64,000 bases of DNA from Candidatus Sericytochromatia bacterium (GTDB taxonomy: Bacteria > Cyanobacteriota > Sericytochromatia > UBA7694), in the NCBI GenBank assembly GCA_015272195.1, contig JACYMC010000046.1, positions 4,139 to 68,138 on the forward strand, written 5' to 3'. This document shows positions 18,091-27,487 of the stretch, in pieces. Position numbers and translations under genes: made by a program. The notes beneath the pieces are model-generated. The model was not told where the DNA came from. It made no database searches and saw only the letters and a list, made by a program, of their open reading frames with translations. Each line of letters begins with the position of its first letter. The stretch's first letter is position 1.

Positions 18091-19986
18091 TCAGAGACTC
18101 ATTTGTTTCAGGCGTTGATAGGCCTGTGTCAGTTCCATATATTGCATCATTTTTGCCTGGTAAGTGGCTTGTTGATCTGCTTCAGCACCCTGCGCCTGCA
18201 GCGCTGTGTCGTGGGACGCATCAGAATCCGCTGGCGCTTCGCCGCTGTGGGACCCCATCTGCTGAATTTCCTGACTCAGTTGCTGCATTTGTGTACCCAG
18301 GCACTTCAGTTTAACATTTCTGCTAAAGTCGGCCAACGATTTTTCAAAGTCCAAGTGCTGAAAAGCCGGATTTTCGCTGATTTCACTCAGACGCTGCTGC
18401 ACTTCAGCGCCGGGGAACACGCTCAGCAGATCCTGCCAGCCCAGCTCCAGCCCGGCTTCAGCCATGGTCACCAGATACTGGCGCAGTTCTTCGTTGTAGC
18501 TGTCGGCAAAGCGCATCTCACTCAGCTCTGCCAGTACGGCGGCTTTGCTCGGCGCACTCAGTACCAGATGCAGCAGGCCCAGTTCAGACATAAAATCCCG
18601 GTCCTGCAGGGGCAGGGGCTGAATGCGCGGTGTCTCTGCTGGCGCTTCGGCTTTCTGAAAGCCTTTTTTGGCCGGCCGGCGCCGGGCCTGCTGGGCCTGA
18701 TCGCGCAGGGCCTGCTCGGTGATTTCCAGCCGTTGGGCCACATAGCGCAGGTACTCATCACGCAGCACCGGATCTTTGAAGCGCTGCAGGGTCTGCAGGC
18801 AGGCTTTGGCCGCCAGGGCCTTGTCGACCGGGTTGCTGAGATCGTGCTGTGAGAGTTGTTTGTCAAGATAGTGCACGGCAAAATCCGGGGCGCTGGCCAG
18901 CAATTGCTCAAAAGCTTCCGGGCCAAATTTTTGCAGAAAGGTGTCCGGGTCTTCTTTGTCGGGAATCTGAATCACCTGAACGCGCAGCAAAGCGCCCTGG
19001 GCCACCTGCTCCAGAATGTCAGCACCCCGGTCGGTCGCTTTTTGCCCCGCGCTGTCGGCGTCATAGGCCATATAGATGCGCTTGCTTTCGCTGAAGCGCA
19101 GCAGCTGGCGCGCCTGATCCGGTGTCAGGGCTGTGCCCAGGGCGGCGACGGTTTCTTCAAAACCGGCCTGATGGGCTGAGATCACGTCCAGGTAGCCTTC
19201 CACCAGAATGGCCCGGTCTTTGCTGCGAATCGCCTTTTTGGCCAGATTCAGGCCGTAAACGTGCTGCCCTTTCTGGTAAATGGCTGTTTCGGGGGAGTTG
19301 ATGTATTTGGCCCCCAGATCCGGGTTGAGGGTGCGGCCGCCAAAGGCCAGAATATCGCCGTTGACGCTCACAATCGGAAACATAATCCGGTGTCTGAAAA
19401 AATCATAGAGCCGGCCTGATTTTTCGGAGGGCTTAAACAGGCCGCTTTCGGCCAGGAGAACTTCATCAAAGCCTTGCCGCTGCAAATGCAGCAGCAGTTG
19501 ATCCCAGCTTTCGGGGGCGTAACCGACCTGAAAGCGCTGCTGAATTTCTGTGCTGATGCCCCGCTGCTGCAGATACTCCCGTGCGATCTGGCCCACGGGC
19601 TGCTGCAACTGCTGCTGAAAAAACATGCTGGCTTCGTGATTCAGGCGGCGCAGCTGGACGCGCTTTTGCTCCTGCTGGCTGTCAGCCTCCTGTACTTTGA
19701 TCACCACGCCATACTGACGGGCCAGTTCGTGCACGACGTCCATAAAGCCCATCTGCTGGCTGTCCATCAAAAAGCGAAAAACGTCGCCGCCGGCGCCGCA
19801 GCCAAAGCACTTAAAAATCTGGCGTTCGGGGTTGACCGTAAACGAAGGGGTTTTTTCGCTGTGAAAAGGACACAGCCCTTTATAGTGATGCCCCGCGCGC
19901 TTGAGCACGACGTATTGACCCACAATATCCACAATGTCCGCGCGAGCGCGGATTTCATCGAGCACACTCTGGTCAAGCTGGGCCAT
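18091..19986 (-). CDS. dnaG: DNA primase
   Basis: Zn finger [11 protein letters not shown]...CFGC, TOPRIM motifs LVEGYLDV and YDADSAG. Directly upstream of rpoD. Confidence 0.97.
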   Translation of the reverse strand: MAQLDQSVLDEIRARADIVDIVGQYVVLKRAGHHYKGLCPFHSEKTPSFTVNPERQIFKCFGCGAGGDVFRFLMDSQQMGFMDVVHELARQYGVVIKVQEADSQQEQKRVQLRRLNHEASMFFQQQLQQPVGQIAREYLQQRGISTEIQQRFQVGYAPESWDQLLLHLQRQGFDEVLLAESGLFKPSEKSGRLYDFFRHRIMFPIVSVNGDILAFGGRTLNPDLGAKYINSPETAIYQKGQHVYGLNLAKKAIRSKDRAILVEGYLDVISAHQAGFEETVAALGTALTPDQARQLLRFSESKRIYMAYDADSAGQKATDRGADILEQVAQGALLRVQVIQIPDKEDPDTFLQKFGPEAFEQLLASAPDFAVHYLDKQLSQHDLSNPVDKALAAKACLQTLQRFKDPVLRDEYLRYVAQRLEITEQALRDQAQQARRRPAKKGFQKAEAPAETPRIQPLPLQDRDFMSELGLLHLVLSAPSKAAVLAELSEMRFADSYNEELRQYLVTMAEAGLELGWQDLLSVFPGAEVQQRLSEISENPAFQHLDFEKSLADFSRNVKLKCLGTQMQQLSQEIQQMGSHSGEAPADSDASHDTALQAQGAEADQQATYQAKMMQYMELTQAYQRLKQMSL

Positions 19987-19989
19987 GGT

Positions 19990-21087
19990 TCAGGCTAAAC
20001 CTCGCATCAGGCGCTGCAGATGGCCATAATAAGCGTCCAGGTCGGCCAGCAGAATATGTTCATCGACCGTATGCGCCTGGCTGGTCAGCCCCGGCCCAAA
20101 GTTAAAGGCCGCGATGCCGTGCTGGGTCAGCTGGGCCACGTCGGTCCAGGCCTGTTTGGCCACTACCGGCAGATTCAGGGCCTGCATGGCCTGGCGAAAG
20201 AGTGGGGTTTCGATCACGCTGCCGGCGGCCACGGCGTCAATGATGCTGATCTGATCGGCTTGCAGCCCCCAGCCTTGCAGCTGGCTTAGCAGTTCGGCCT
20301 GGGCTGCCTCGAGGCTGCGCACCGGGGCAAAGCGAAAGTTCAGATTGGCCTGCCACCAGCCGGGCAGCGAGGTGCGCCCCGGCTCGGACTGGCTTTCGGT
20401 GATTTGCAGCACGTCAAAAAAGTCCACCCCAAAGACCGTGTGACGCACGGGTTGTGTGGCTGCGGCTGCCTGAATGATGGGCAGGGCTTTATAGAGGGCG
20501 TTTTCGCCGTTCCAGGGCCGGGCCGAGTGGCAGGCTTTGCCTGCGACACGCAGCCGGGCATGAATGCTGCCCACGCAGCCCAGCTGCAGGGTATTGTCAG
20601 TTGGCTCACCAATAATGCCCAGATCCAGGCTTTTAAAATAATCCGGCGTGGCCTGCAGCAGATGGTAGAGGCCGTTTTCGTGCAGGGGCGTTTGCTCCTC
20701 GCGGCTGTAGACCAGCAGCGAGAGGTTTAAGTGCTTAGACAAGGTGGCCCCCTCCTGCTCCAGCCAGACCAGAAAGGCGGCCAGGGCGCCTTTCATATCT
20801 GAAGCGCCGGCACCGTGCAGGCGGCCAGCCTCCAGCCGGGGCTCAAAATGGGCGGGTACAACGTCGGAGTGGCCAATCAGGGCAATATGGGGCTGGCCTT
20901 CGCGCCAGGGGGCCTGCAGAATCAGGCAGTCGCCGTGCTCGATTTGCTGCCAGTCCGGCAAACTGCGGCTGCAGCGTTCACGCAGCCAGGCCATAAAGGC
21001 CTGCTCCTGGTAAGTGGGCGAGGCAATGCCCAGCATGGTCTGCAGGGTCTCGTGCAGGCTTTTCTGAACTGCAGGACTCAGGGTCAT
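19990..21087 (-). CDS. dapE: Succinyl-diaminopimelate desuccinylase (M20 family)
   Basis: GHSDVVP, GASDMKG, EPT, GKACHSARPW, WTDVAQL and GPGLTSQAHTVDE motifs. Coupled to an upstream aminotransferase. Confidence 0.85.
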   Translation of the reverse strand: MTLSPAVQKSLHETLQTMLGIASPTYQEQAFMAWLRERCSRSLPDWQQIEHGDCLILQAPWREGQPHIALIGHSDVVPAHFEPRLEAGRLHGAGASDMKGALAAFLVWLEQEGATLSKHLNLSLLVYSREEQTPLHENGLYHLLQATPDYFKSLDLGIIGEPTDNTLQLGCVGSIHARLRVAGKACHSARPWNGENALYKALPIIQAAAATQPVRHTVFGVDFFDVLQITESQSEPGRTSLPGWWQANLNFRFAPVRSLEAAQAELLSQLQGWGLQADQISIIDAVAAGSVIETPLFRQAMQALNLPVVAKQAWTDVAQLTQHGIAAFNFGPGLTSQAHTVDEHILLADLDAYYGHLQRLMRGLA

Positions 21088-22241
21088 GGCAGCTGCAGCT
21101 GGCCAATGCGTTTGACCACCTCATCGGTGACGGCATCGGTAATGCAGTAGACCATGCGCAGATAGCCCTCGCCGTCTTCGCCAAAGCAGTGACCGGGGGC
21201 CAGCAGCAGGCCGGTGTCAATAAAGGCTTCGTAGAGCGGGTCCGACTGGCTGTAATCCGGGTGCGAAAACCAGAGATAAAAGCCCGCTTCGGCGCCAAAC
21301 ACCCGGAAGCCTTTGGCTTCCAGTGCTGATACGAGACGGTCGCGGCGGGCTTTATAAAGAGCAGCAAAGGCTTTGGGATGGGCGTCGTCGTTCCAGGCGG
21401 CAATGCCGCCGGCCTGAATAAAGTCCGGCGTGCCCACGCCCATGGGTGCGCGCATTTTGGTGATCAGGCGGATCAGTTCACGGTTGCGGCTGATAATGGC
21501 CCCCATGCGGTAGCCGGTCATGTGGCTGCGCTTGGAGAGCGAACGCAGGACAATCAATTGCTGGGAGTCAAATTCCAGCGCCGACACCGGCGGCTCTGGG
21601 CTGTAATAAAGCTCGTTGTAACATTCATCGGAGCAGACCACAAAGCCATAGTGCTCGGCCAGGCCCAGCAGTTTTTCAAAGTAGCCCCGTCCGGCAATGG
21701 CCGTGGTGGGGTTATGGGGTGAATTAAGCCAGAAGAGCTGGCAGCGTTGCCACTGCTCTGGCGTGATGGCGTCGAGATCGGGCAGAAAGCCAGTCGCTTC
21801 GCTCAGGGGAAGCTTGCGCAGCGGAATGCCCTGAATATGGGCCGCCCCTTCATACACCGGGTAGGCCATCGAGGGAATCCAGATTTCCTGGCCCTGTGAC
21901 CAGTCAAACAAAAAAGACAGGTGAAAAATCGCTTCTTTGGAGCCGTTGGCTGAGACAATTTCACTTTTGGGGTCCAGCGTCACACCATAATTGCGTTGCG
22001 CCCAGTCGGCTATCGCCTGGCGGTAGGCCAGACTGCCTTCAGTTTTGGGGTACTGCGACACCGGGGTAGCCTCCAGGGCTTTGAGGGTGGCCTGTTGTAC
22101 ACCGGGGTAGGTGGGCTCAATGGGATCGCCCATTACCAGCGAGATCACGTCGCGGCCTTCGGCCTGCAGGGCATCACGCCGGGCAAAGAGGGCGGCAATA
22201 AAATAGGGCTTGGAGTGGATCAGATAGGGGTTGATTTTCAT
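21084..22241 (-). CDS. dapC: Succinyldiaminopimelate aminotransferase (PLP class I)
   Basis: GSKEAIF, WLNSPHNPT, SDECYNELY and PLP-Lys motif RSLSKRSHMTGYRMG. Likely start ATG 22241 (MKINPYL). Confidence 0.8.
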   Translation of the reverse strand: MKINPYLIHSKPYFIAALFARRDALQAEGRDVISLVMGDPIEPTYPGVQQATLKALEATPVSQYPKTEGSLAYRQAIADWAQRNYGVTLDPKSEIVSANGSKEAIFHLSFLFDWSQGQEIWIPSMAYPVYEGAAHIQGIPLRKLPLSEATGFLPDLDAITPEQWQRCQLFWLNSPHNPTTAIAGRGYFEKLLGLAEHYGFVVCSDECYNELYYSPEPPVSALEFDSQQLIVLRSLSKRSHMTGYRMGAIISRNRELIRLITKMRAPMGVGTPDFIQAGGIAAWNDDAHPKAFAALYKARRDRLVSALEAKGFRVFGAEAGFYLWFSHPDYSQSDPLYEAFIDTGLLLAPGHCFGEDGEGYLRMVYCITDAVTDEVVKRIGQLQLP

Positions 22242-22368
22242 GGAACAGGGTCCTCTGACGTCTCTATTATATATCTGGATCATAACAAGAATTCAGGGCC
22301 GCTGGCATGGGATCGGCTGTCGGGAAGGCAGCATGCTACAATAGCCTCAAAACCCTGGGAGGCTCTTT

Positions 22369-23089
22369 GTGCGTATCTGGAAAACAACCCTTCTGACAGG
22401 TCTGGCTTGCCTGCTGAACGTGTCGTTTACCCTGGTTCTGCCTGCCCCTGGTGCAGTGCAGTCTCAGAATACGGCCCGCCGCTGGCAGGCAAATGACTAC
22501 ACCCGCTACGATGCCGCCGCCTTTTTTGCCCTGCCGCAGGTGCAGGCCCTGATTGATCCTGCCCAGATTGACTATCCGCTTCTTCATGCGGCGGTGTTTT
22601 ATGCCAGCAATGAGGCCCGTGCCGGCGAAGGCCTGCCCCCCTTTCAGCACAGCGCAGCCCTGGAACAGGCAGCCGCTGCCCACAGTCAGGCCATGACGCA
22701 GCACAATTTTTTTTCGCACACCAGCGTCATTCCGGGGCTTGAAAGCATGAAAGCCCGCTGGCATACCGTCCAGTTATATGGCCGAAAACACCGCCCAGTT
22801 CAGTGGGCTGGACTATACATCGGGCAAGCCGGTTTACAGTCCGCAGGTCAATGGCGGCTATTTCAGCTATACCCATAAAGGCCCTCCTTTGCCTTATCGG
22901 ACCTACGCTTCAGCCGCACAACATGTGGTAGAGCAATGGATGAATTCACCGGGCCACCAGCGCAATATTCTGAATCCCAATCTAAAATACCTGGGCGCGG
23001 GCCTGAGTGCCTTCGAAAAAAAGAGCTTCTATAATATGCTCTACTTTAATGCCACCCAGAATTTTTCGGGGGCCGACCGGCCGCGCTGA
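22369..23089 (+). pseudogene. CAP/SCP-domain exported protein split by a frameshift near 22755
   Basis: The 5' ORF (22369..22878) has a signal peptide and the N-half of CAP (NEAR..GLPPF...LEQAAAAHSQAM...FFSH). The +1 frame (to 23089) has the C-half (AENTA...VEQWMNSPGHQRNILNP...LGAG). Confidence 0.75.
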
Positions 23090-23093
23090 GGCT

Positions 23094-23924
23094 TTAATCT
23101 GCTTTGCGGACGGTAATCTCAAAGCCCAGCAGCGCCACGGCCTCCGCCAGATCCAGGGCTTCATCCGGGTTGGCGGCAGTCTGATTCAGACGCAGGCGAA
23201 TACTGCCGCCTTCGGTGATCACCTGGTTGGCATGGCCTGCAGTACTCAGCTTTTCGCTGGCTGTTCGGGCTTGCTCCTGCCCGGCAAAGGGACCCACCCA
23301 GATGCGCAGGCTGCCGGCTGGCGCCGGTTTTTCGCTGGCCGGTTTTGAGGCTGGGCTGGCGGTTTTTGGGGGCACGACAGGCGGCGTAAGCGGCTGTGTG
23401 TTCTGGGTAATCGTGCCGCTGCGCGGGGGCAGGCTGGGTGGCTCCACCAGCTGGCGCTGACTGGCCAGGCTCTGCATGGGCGGCGGATCCGTATTGGCTG
23501 TGCGTGAAGCGAGACGCGACGGCTGGAGCGTGTCTCTGACGGGTGTGTCGCTGGCTGTGTCAGTGCTGTTTGTTTCGTTGCGACTGTCTTCCAGTGCCTC
23601 GGGCGGCGTCTCAGCGCTCATGTCCGGGGAGGCGCTGGCTTGAGTTGTATTTTCGGGGATTTCTTCGGGAACCTCTCCGGCCGCTGGGTTGCCGTACTCC
23701 ACGATCACAAATTCTGTCTCGGCTTCTGAGGCACTGTCCGGGCTGGCCGACGGCTGTGCGCTGCGGCGCAGATTGGGGGGCAGGCGTGTTTCGAGTAATG
23801 CGGGCAGGCCCCAGCTGATCAGCAGGCCCAGCCCCATCAGCGTCAGCACGACAACACCCCAGATGCGGAGCTGGCGGCTGCTCAGGCGATCAGAAAAATC
23901 AGACGACGGAGGCATGCATATCAC
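23094..23924 (-). CDS. Bitopic membrane protein with Pro/Ser/Thr-rich linker and C-terminal SPOR-like domain (FtsN/DedD-like)
   Basis: Single TM helix, low-complexity linker, and LRIWVGPFAGQEQARTASEKL. The start could be ATG 23915. Confidence 0.7.
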   Translation of the reverse strand: MICMPPSSDFSDRLSSRQLRIWGVVVLTLMGLGLLISWGLPALLETRLPPNLRRSAQPSASPDSASEAETEFVIVEYGNPAAGEVPEEIPENTTQASASPDMSAETPPEALEDSRNETNSTDTASDTPVRDTLQPSRLASRTANTDPPPMQSLASQRQLVEPPSLPPRSGTITQNTQPLTPPVVPPKTASPASKPASEKPAPAGSLRIWVGPFAGQEQARTASEKLSTAGHANQVITEGGSIRLRLNQTAANPDEALDLAEAVALLGFEITVRKAD

Positions 23925-24075
23925 CTTGGCAGAAGTTTAACAACAGATTGTCAGAGAATTATTTTAGCACGCTTCATGTCCGGGATCTTTTTGCAAAAAC
24001 CTTTCACTCCCCGCGCACTCCTGTTATGATGCATGCTGTATGTTTTGAAGTAATTTAAAAGGAACGATGCCTCCT

Positions 24076-24318
24076 ATGTCTAAACGGTGTGAAATCTCTA
24101 AAAAACGCTATAATAACGCCAATCTGGTTAGCCACTCCAACCGAAAAACCAAGCATCGTCAGCAACCGAACCTGCAATGGAAGCGCTTCTGGCTGCCTGA
24201 AGAAAAACGCTGGGTGCGTCTGCGCGTGTCAACAAAAGTGATGAAAACCATTACCAAGTACGGCCTGATGGCGACCATCAAGCGCTATGGCGCTGATCCC
24301 GCCCTGATCCGGAAATAA
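24076..24318 (+). CDS. rpmB: 50S ribosomal protein L28
   Basis: [30 protein letters not shown]...[10 protein letters not shown], a cyanobacterial-type sequence. Start taken as ATG 24076. Confidence 0.95.
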   Translation: MSKRCEISKKRYNNANLVSHSNRKTKHRQQPNLQWKRFWLPEEKRWVRLRVSTKVMKTITKYGLMATIKRYGADPALIRK

Positions 24319-24341
24319 GCGAGCGAAAGGAAGACAGTCTC

Positions 24342-24503
24342 ATGGCGAAAACAGGACCCCGTAATCAGGTCAAGCTGAAAAGCACTGAAAGCCCTTATTA
24401 CTATTACAGCACCAAAAACAAACGCAACACCCCCGATCGCATGACCCTGCGGAAATACGATCCCGTGGTGCGTCGCCACGTTGAATTTAAAGAAGAAAAA
24501 TAA
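24342..24503 (+). CDS. rpmG: 50S ribosomal protein L33 (Cys-free, zinc-independent type)
   Basis: Own translation: [60 protein letters not shown] upstream. Below the ORF-track size cutoff. Confidence 0.95.
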   Translation: MAKTGPRNQVKLKSTESPYYYYSTKNKRNTPDRMTLRKYDPVVRRHVEFKEEK

Positions 24504-24523
24504 AGCAGGTCCTGACCTGTAAG

Positions 24524-24556
24524 AAAAACCGGTGTCACCGCGACGCCGGTTTTTTT
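24524..24556 (+). terminator. Rho-independent terminator after rpmG
   Basis: A-tract, 9-bp stem ACCGGTGTC/GACGCCGGT (one G-U), 5-nt loop, then a T-tract. Confidence 0.85.
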
Positions 24557-24618
24557 ACGGGTCCAAATATAACTTATAGTATATATAAGTATTTTTAAAA
24601 GAATATTTTATGTTTTTA

Positions 24619-24648
24619 TTGACATATTACGCGTATTTTGCTTATAAT
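24619..24648 (+). promoter_or_regulatory. Consensus sigma70 promoter of the 134-aa exported protein gene
   Basis: TTGACA (24619-24), N18, TATAAT (24643-48), within a very AT-rich intergenic segment. Confidence 0.8.
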
Positions 24649-24691
24649 ATTATCACAAGGTTAAATCAAGCAAAATAATAGGTAAAATATA

Positions 24692-25096
24692 ATGTCCCGT
24701 TTCTTGCTTCTTTCTGCGCTGCTGCTGGCCAGCTTCCAAAGTGCCTGTGCCCAGGCCCCTGTAATGATTACCCTGCCCGCCATGGCGCCCCGCGCTGGCT
24801 TTCAGCAGGTCATGCCGCCGGCCATGCCGATGCCGGCACCGGCTGCAGCCAGCCTGCTGGGATTACAGAATGAAGAAGTTGAACTCAGCGGGATTTATCG
24901 GGTTGAGCAGGGCCAGGCCGTGATGCTGCTGCGCAACGGTGAAAGTGTTGACCTGCTCGATCGCCAGCAGCGGCAGCTGCAGGCTCTGCAGGGCGTTGAG
25001 CCCCGTGCCATGCTGCGCGTACGCGGCCTGCTGCGCACGGCTTATCAGCCCCAGCCCCGCATGGGTCTGGTGGTGGGCCAGGTGCTGCGGGTTTAG
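24692..25096 (+). CDS. Small exported hypothetical protein (OB-fold-like C-terminal pattern)
   Basis: Signal peptide, Pro/Met/Ala-rich linker, then a beta-rich segment (VELSGIYRV...LRVRGLL...LVVGQV). Confidence 0.65.
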   Translation: MSRFLLLSALLLASFQSACAQAPVMITLPAMAPRAGFQQVMPPAMPMPAPAAASLLGLQNEEVELSGIYRVEQGQAVMLLRNGESVDLLDRQQRQLQALQGVEPRAMLRVRGLLRTAYQPQPRMGLVVGQVLRV

Positions 25097-25410
25097 TTTT
25101 TCAGCGGAATATCTGCGCTGACGCTGAAGCGGCCAAACTTTGGCGGCCCCGTAAACGCTTCGCGAAACTGGCCAAGATTGGCATGACTCAGCTTAAAGTG
25201 CTCAGACTGCTTCCAGGCCTCAAAAGCGGCCTCATCGCGCCAGCTGACTTCCACAATACAGGCTGAGCTTTCATCTATCGGCTTTAAAAAGCGAAAACCG
25301 CAAAAGCCTTCACAGCTTTTGAGCAAATCAAGATGTTCCAGAAAGCCGGCCTCCACCTGATCAAGATACGCAGGCTTTACACTCAGTTGATTGATGATGG
25401 TCAGCATCAA
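25093..25410 (-). CDS. ABM-family monooxygenase, IsdG-like
   Basis: Asn at position 7 and the W..E.AF.AW..S..F...H pattern matching the IsdG Asn/Trp/His triad. Confidence 0.75.
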   Translation of the reverse strand: MMLTIINQLSVKPAYLDQVEAGFLEHLDLLKSCEGFCGFRFLKPIDESSACIVEVSWRDEAAFEAWKQSEHFKLSHANLGQFREAFTGPPKFGRFSVSADIPLKN

Positions 25411-25417
25411 TTCAGTC

Positions 25418-25612
25418 CTACCAAAGGGCCGGGCGGCGGTGGCGGTTTTTGCGCTGGATGCTGAAGCCCAGTATAAACAGGGCCAGAGTCAGGCCGGCCA
25501 GCAGCAGGCTCCAGAAGATCCAGGAACGGGCCGGGGTTTCAGCGGGCGTACCAGAGCTGGCGTCTGAAGATAAGGACAGATGACGGGTGAGTGCAGGCAG
25601 GGGATTGGACAT
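25418..25612 (-). CDS. Small single-TM membrane protein
   Basis: 64 aa, AAGGA SD, one TM helix followed by a basic tail, co-oriented between neighbours. Confidence 0.55.
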   Translation of the reverse strand: MSNPLPALTRHLSLSSDASSGTPAETPARSWIFWSLLLAGLTLALFILGFSIQRKNRHRRPALW

Positions 25613-25703
25613 ACAAACCGTTCCTTATAAAATCATACTGAACAGGTTTTAATCATAGCACAAACAGATGCTGAAAAGCTGGGCCTGGATGTGTGTGCGG
25701 GGC

Positions 25704-26090
25704 TTAATCCTCCTGCTGACGGGCGCGAATCAGGGTTTCGAGGGCGTCGCTGAGTTCTGCCAGGCCAGCCTGGGCGACAGCCAGGGGGTCGTTCGCTGCC
25801 AGTTCGGTTTCTGCGACGGGTTCTGTCTCTGCTGTGGCAGCGGCATTGCTGCTGGTTTCAGTGCTTGTTTTGGTCTCGCTGGCTGTCTCAGCCTGATTGG
25901 GGTCTACGTAAGCGTAACCTCTGTGGGTGCCATAAAGCAGACTCATGCGGTTCTGGGTGCGCAGGTCGGGCACGGCTTGACCTTCGGCGTTCAGCATAGG
26001 GGCTGGGAAATGAGACTGGTACAGATTGGTGCCGGCCCGGCCACAGGCCGTCAGAGACAGAAGCAAGAGCAATAACAAAGCCTGACGCAT
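25704..26090 (-). CDS. Hypothetical lipoprotein
   Basis: Lipobox LLLLSLTAC followed by an Ala/Glu/Thr-rich region. Confidence 0.65.
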   Translation of the reverse strand: MRQALLLLLLLSLTACGRAGTNLYQSHFPAPMLNAEGQAVPDLRTQNRMSLLYGTHRGYAYVDPNQAETASETKTSTETSSNAAATAETEPVAETELAANDPLAVAQAGLAELSDALETLIRARQQED

Positions 26091-26191
26091 GCTGGAAACC
26101 TACCCTCAAACAAGTTAATTCATGATTAATATATAGCGTTTAATCGGTTAATTCTTGCGTGTCAGGACCATAATTTTGCCGCCTGGCAGGG

Positions 26192-27397
26192 TTGTGCCTT
26201 AAAATTAAAACAGTTCTGTATATTAAGAAAGTGAAACCATCGTCTGTGAATGACAAGCCTTCTGAAAACGATGCCGAGTCCGCTGCAGAAGCGGAGTTGC
26301 AGGCTCTCAGTGCCCTGGATGAGGCCGAAGCGGCTCTGGCAGCCGAAAGCTCCGGTTCGGCTTCACGGCGCTCGCTGCGCCGCCGGCTGTTGCAGCGTCG
26401 TCAGCGTGAGGTCTGTATTGACGTATACGATGGCTACGGTACCACAGAGACCTTGCGCATCAGTGGGCGGGTTTACTTTAAGCGGCGCGATAAAGTCAGC
26501 GAGGCTGACGATACCCGCTTTCGCAATTTGGTCAATACCTCCAGACAGTTTATGACTTATGATGCCCGGCAGGTCTGGGTTCAGGTCACCCTGGGGGCTG
26601 AGCACCAGGCCGAAGTCTGCACCGATGACCACGGTATTTTTGAGGTTATGCTGAGCGGACTCGGCGATTTGGCGGGCGGGATTTATCCGGTGGCCGTGCA
26701 GCTGGCTGAAGGCAACCAGCGGCGCATCAGTGCAGAGGTCGGTCAGGGGCACTTTATTGTGCATCCGGCAGACTCCGACCGTGTGGGTATTATTTCAGAT
26801 ATCGATGACACCATTTTATTGACCGAAGCCACCCGCAAGGTGCGCATGCTCAAAAATATTTTCCTCAAAAACCCGCTGACCCAGGGCGCCATCCCCGGCA
26901 TGAGTGAAATTTACCGCGCCATTCACTATGGCCCTGAGGGCGATGGCTATGACGCCACCCACTATGTCTCCAGCTCTCCGGCCCACCTCTACCGTCGCAT
27001 CAGCCATTTTTTAGGCCATGAGGCCTTCCCGGCGGGTTCTATTGACCTTAAAACCGTGCGTCTGCGCAACCGGGGGCAAAGCACCGACTCTTTGTTTGAC
27101 CACCAGCACTACAAATATGGCCGGATTCAGCGCATTCTGGAAACCTTTCCCCGTCGCCGCTTTGTGCTCTTTGGCGACAGTGGGGAACACGACTCCGCGA
27201 TTTATCGCCGCATCAGCCAGCGCTACCCCGACCAGATTCTGGCGGTCTATATTCACAATGTGACCGAAGCCGATCCTTTTCATTCGCATTATCAGGGGCA
27301 GATGCTGTTCAGCTCGATCGAAAAGGTGCGCCGTGATCTGCTGCAGCGTGGATTGATTTACCCTGAGACCCTCGAACAGCCTGCAGACGATTTTTGA
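26192..27397 (+). CDS. App1-family phosphatidate phosphatase (DUF2183)
   Basis: GIISDIDDTIL, HYVSSSP..LY and FVLFGDSGEHD motifs. The true start is probably a GTG at about 26231-26246. Confidence 0.85.
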   Translation: MCLKIKTVLYIKKVKPSSVNDKPSENDAESAAEAELQALSALDEAEAALAAESSGSASRRSLRRRLLQRRQREVCIDVYDGYGTTETLRISGRVYFKRRDKVSEADDTRFRNLVNTSRQFMTYDARQVWVQVTLGAEHQAEVCTDDHGIFEVMLSGLGDLAGGIYPVAVQLAEGNQRRISAEVGQGHFIVHPADSDRVGIISDIDDTILLTEATRKVRMLKNIFLKNPLTQGAIPGMSEIYRAIHYGPEGDGYDATHYVSSSPAHLYRRISHFLGHEAFPAGSIDLKTVRLRNRGQSTDSLFDHQHYKYGRIQRILETFPRRRFVLFGDSGEHDSAIYRRISQRYPDQILAVYIHNVTEADPFHSHYQGQMLFSSIEKVRRDLLQRGLIYPETLEQPADDF

Positions 27398-27487
27398 GCC
27401 TGCGCAGGTTTTGCACAAGCCACTGCTCCAAAATTCAGGTATACTTGTTTCAATTTTTGCAATGGGCACTAAAGTGGGCATTAAAGC

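Noticed and set aside
26111-26153. TTAA cluster in the divergent lipoprotein/App1 intergenic region
   Set aside because: Spacing is irregular (11, 14, 8 nt) and compatible with AT-rich background.
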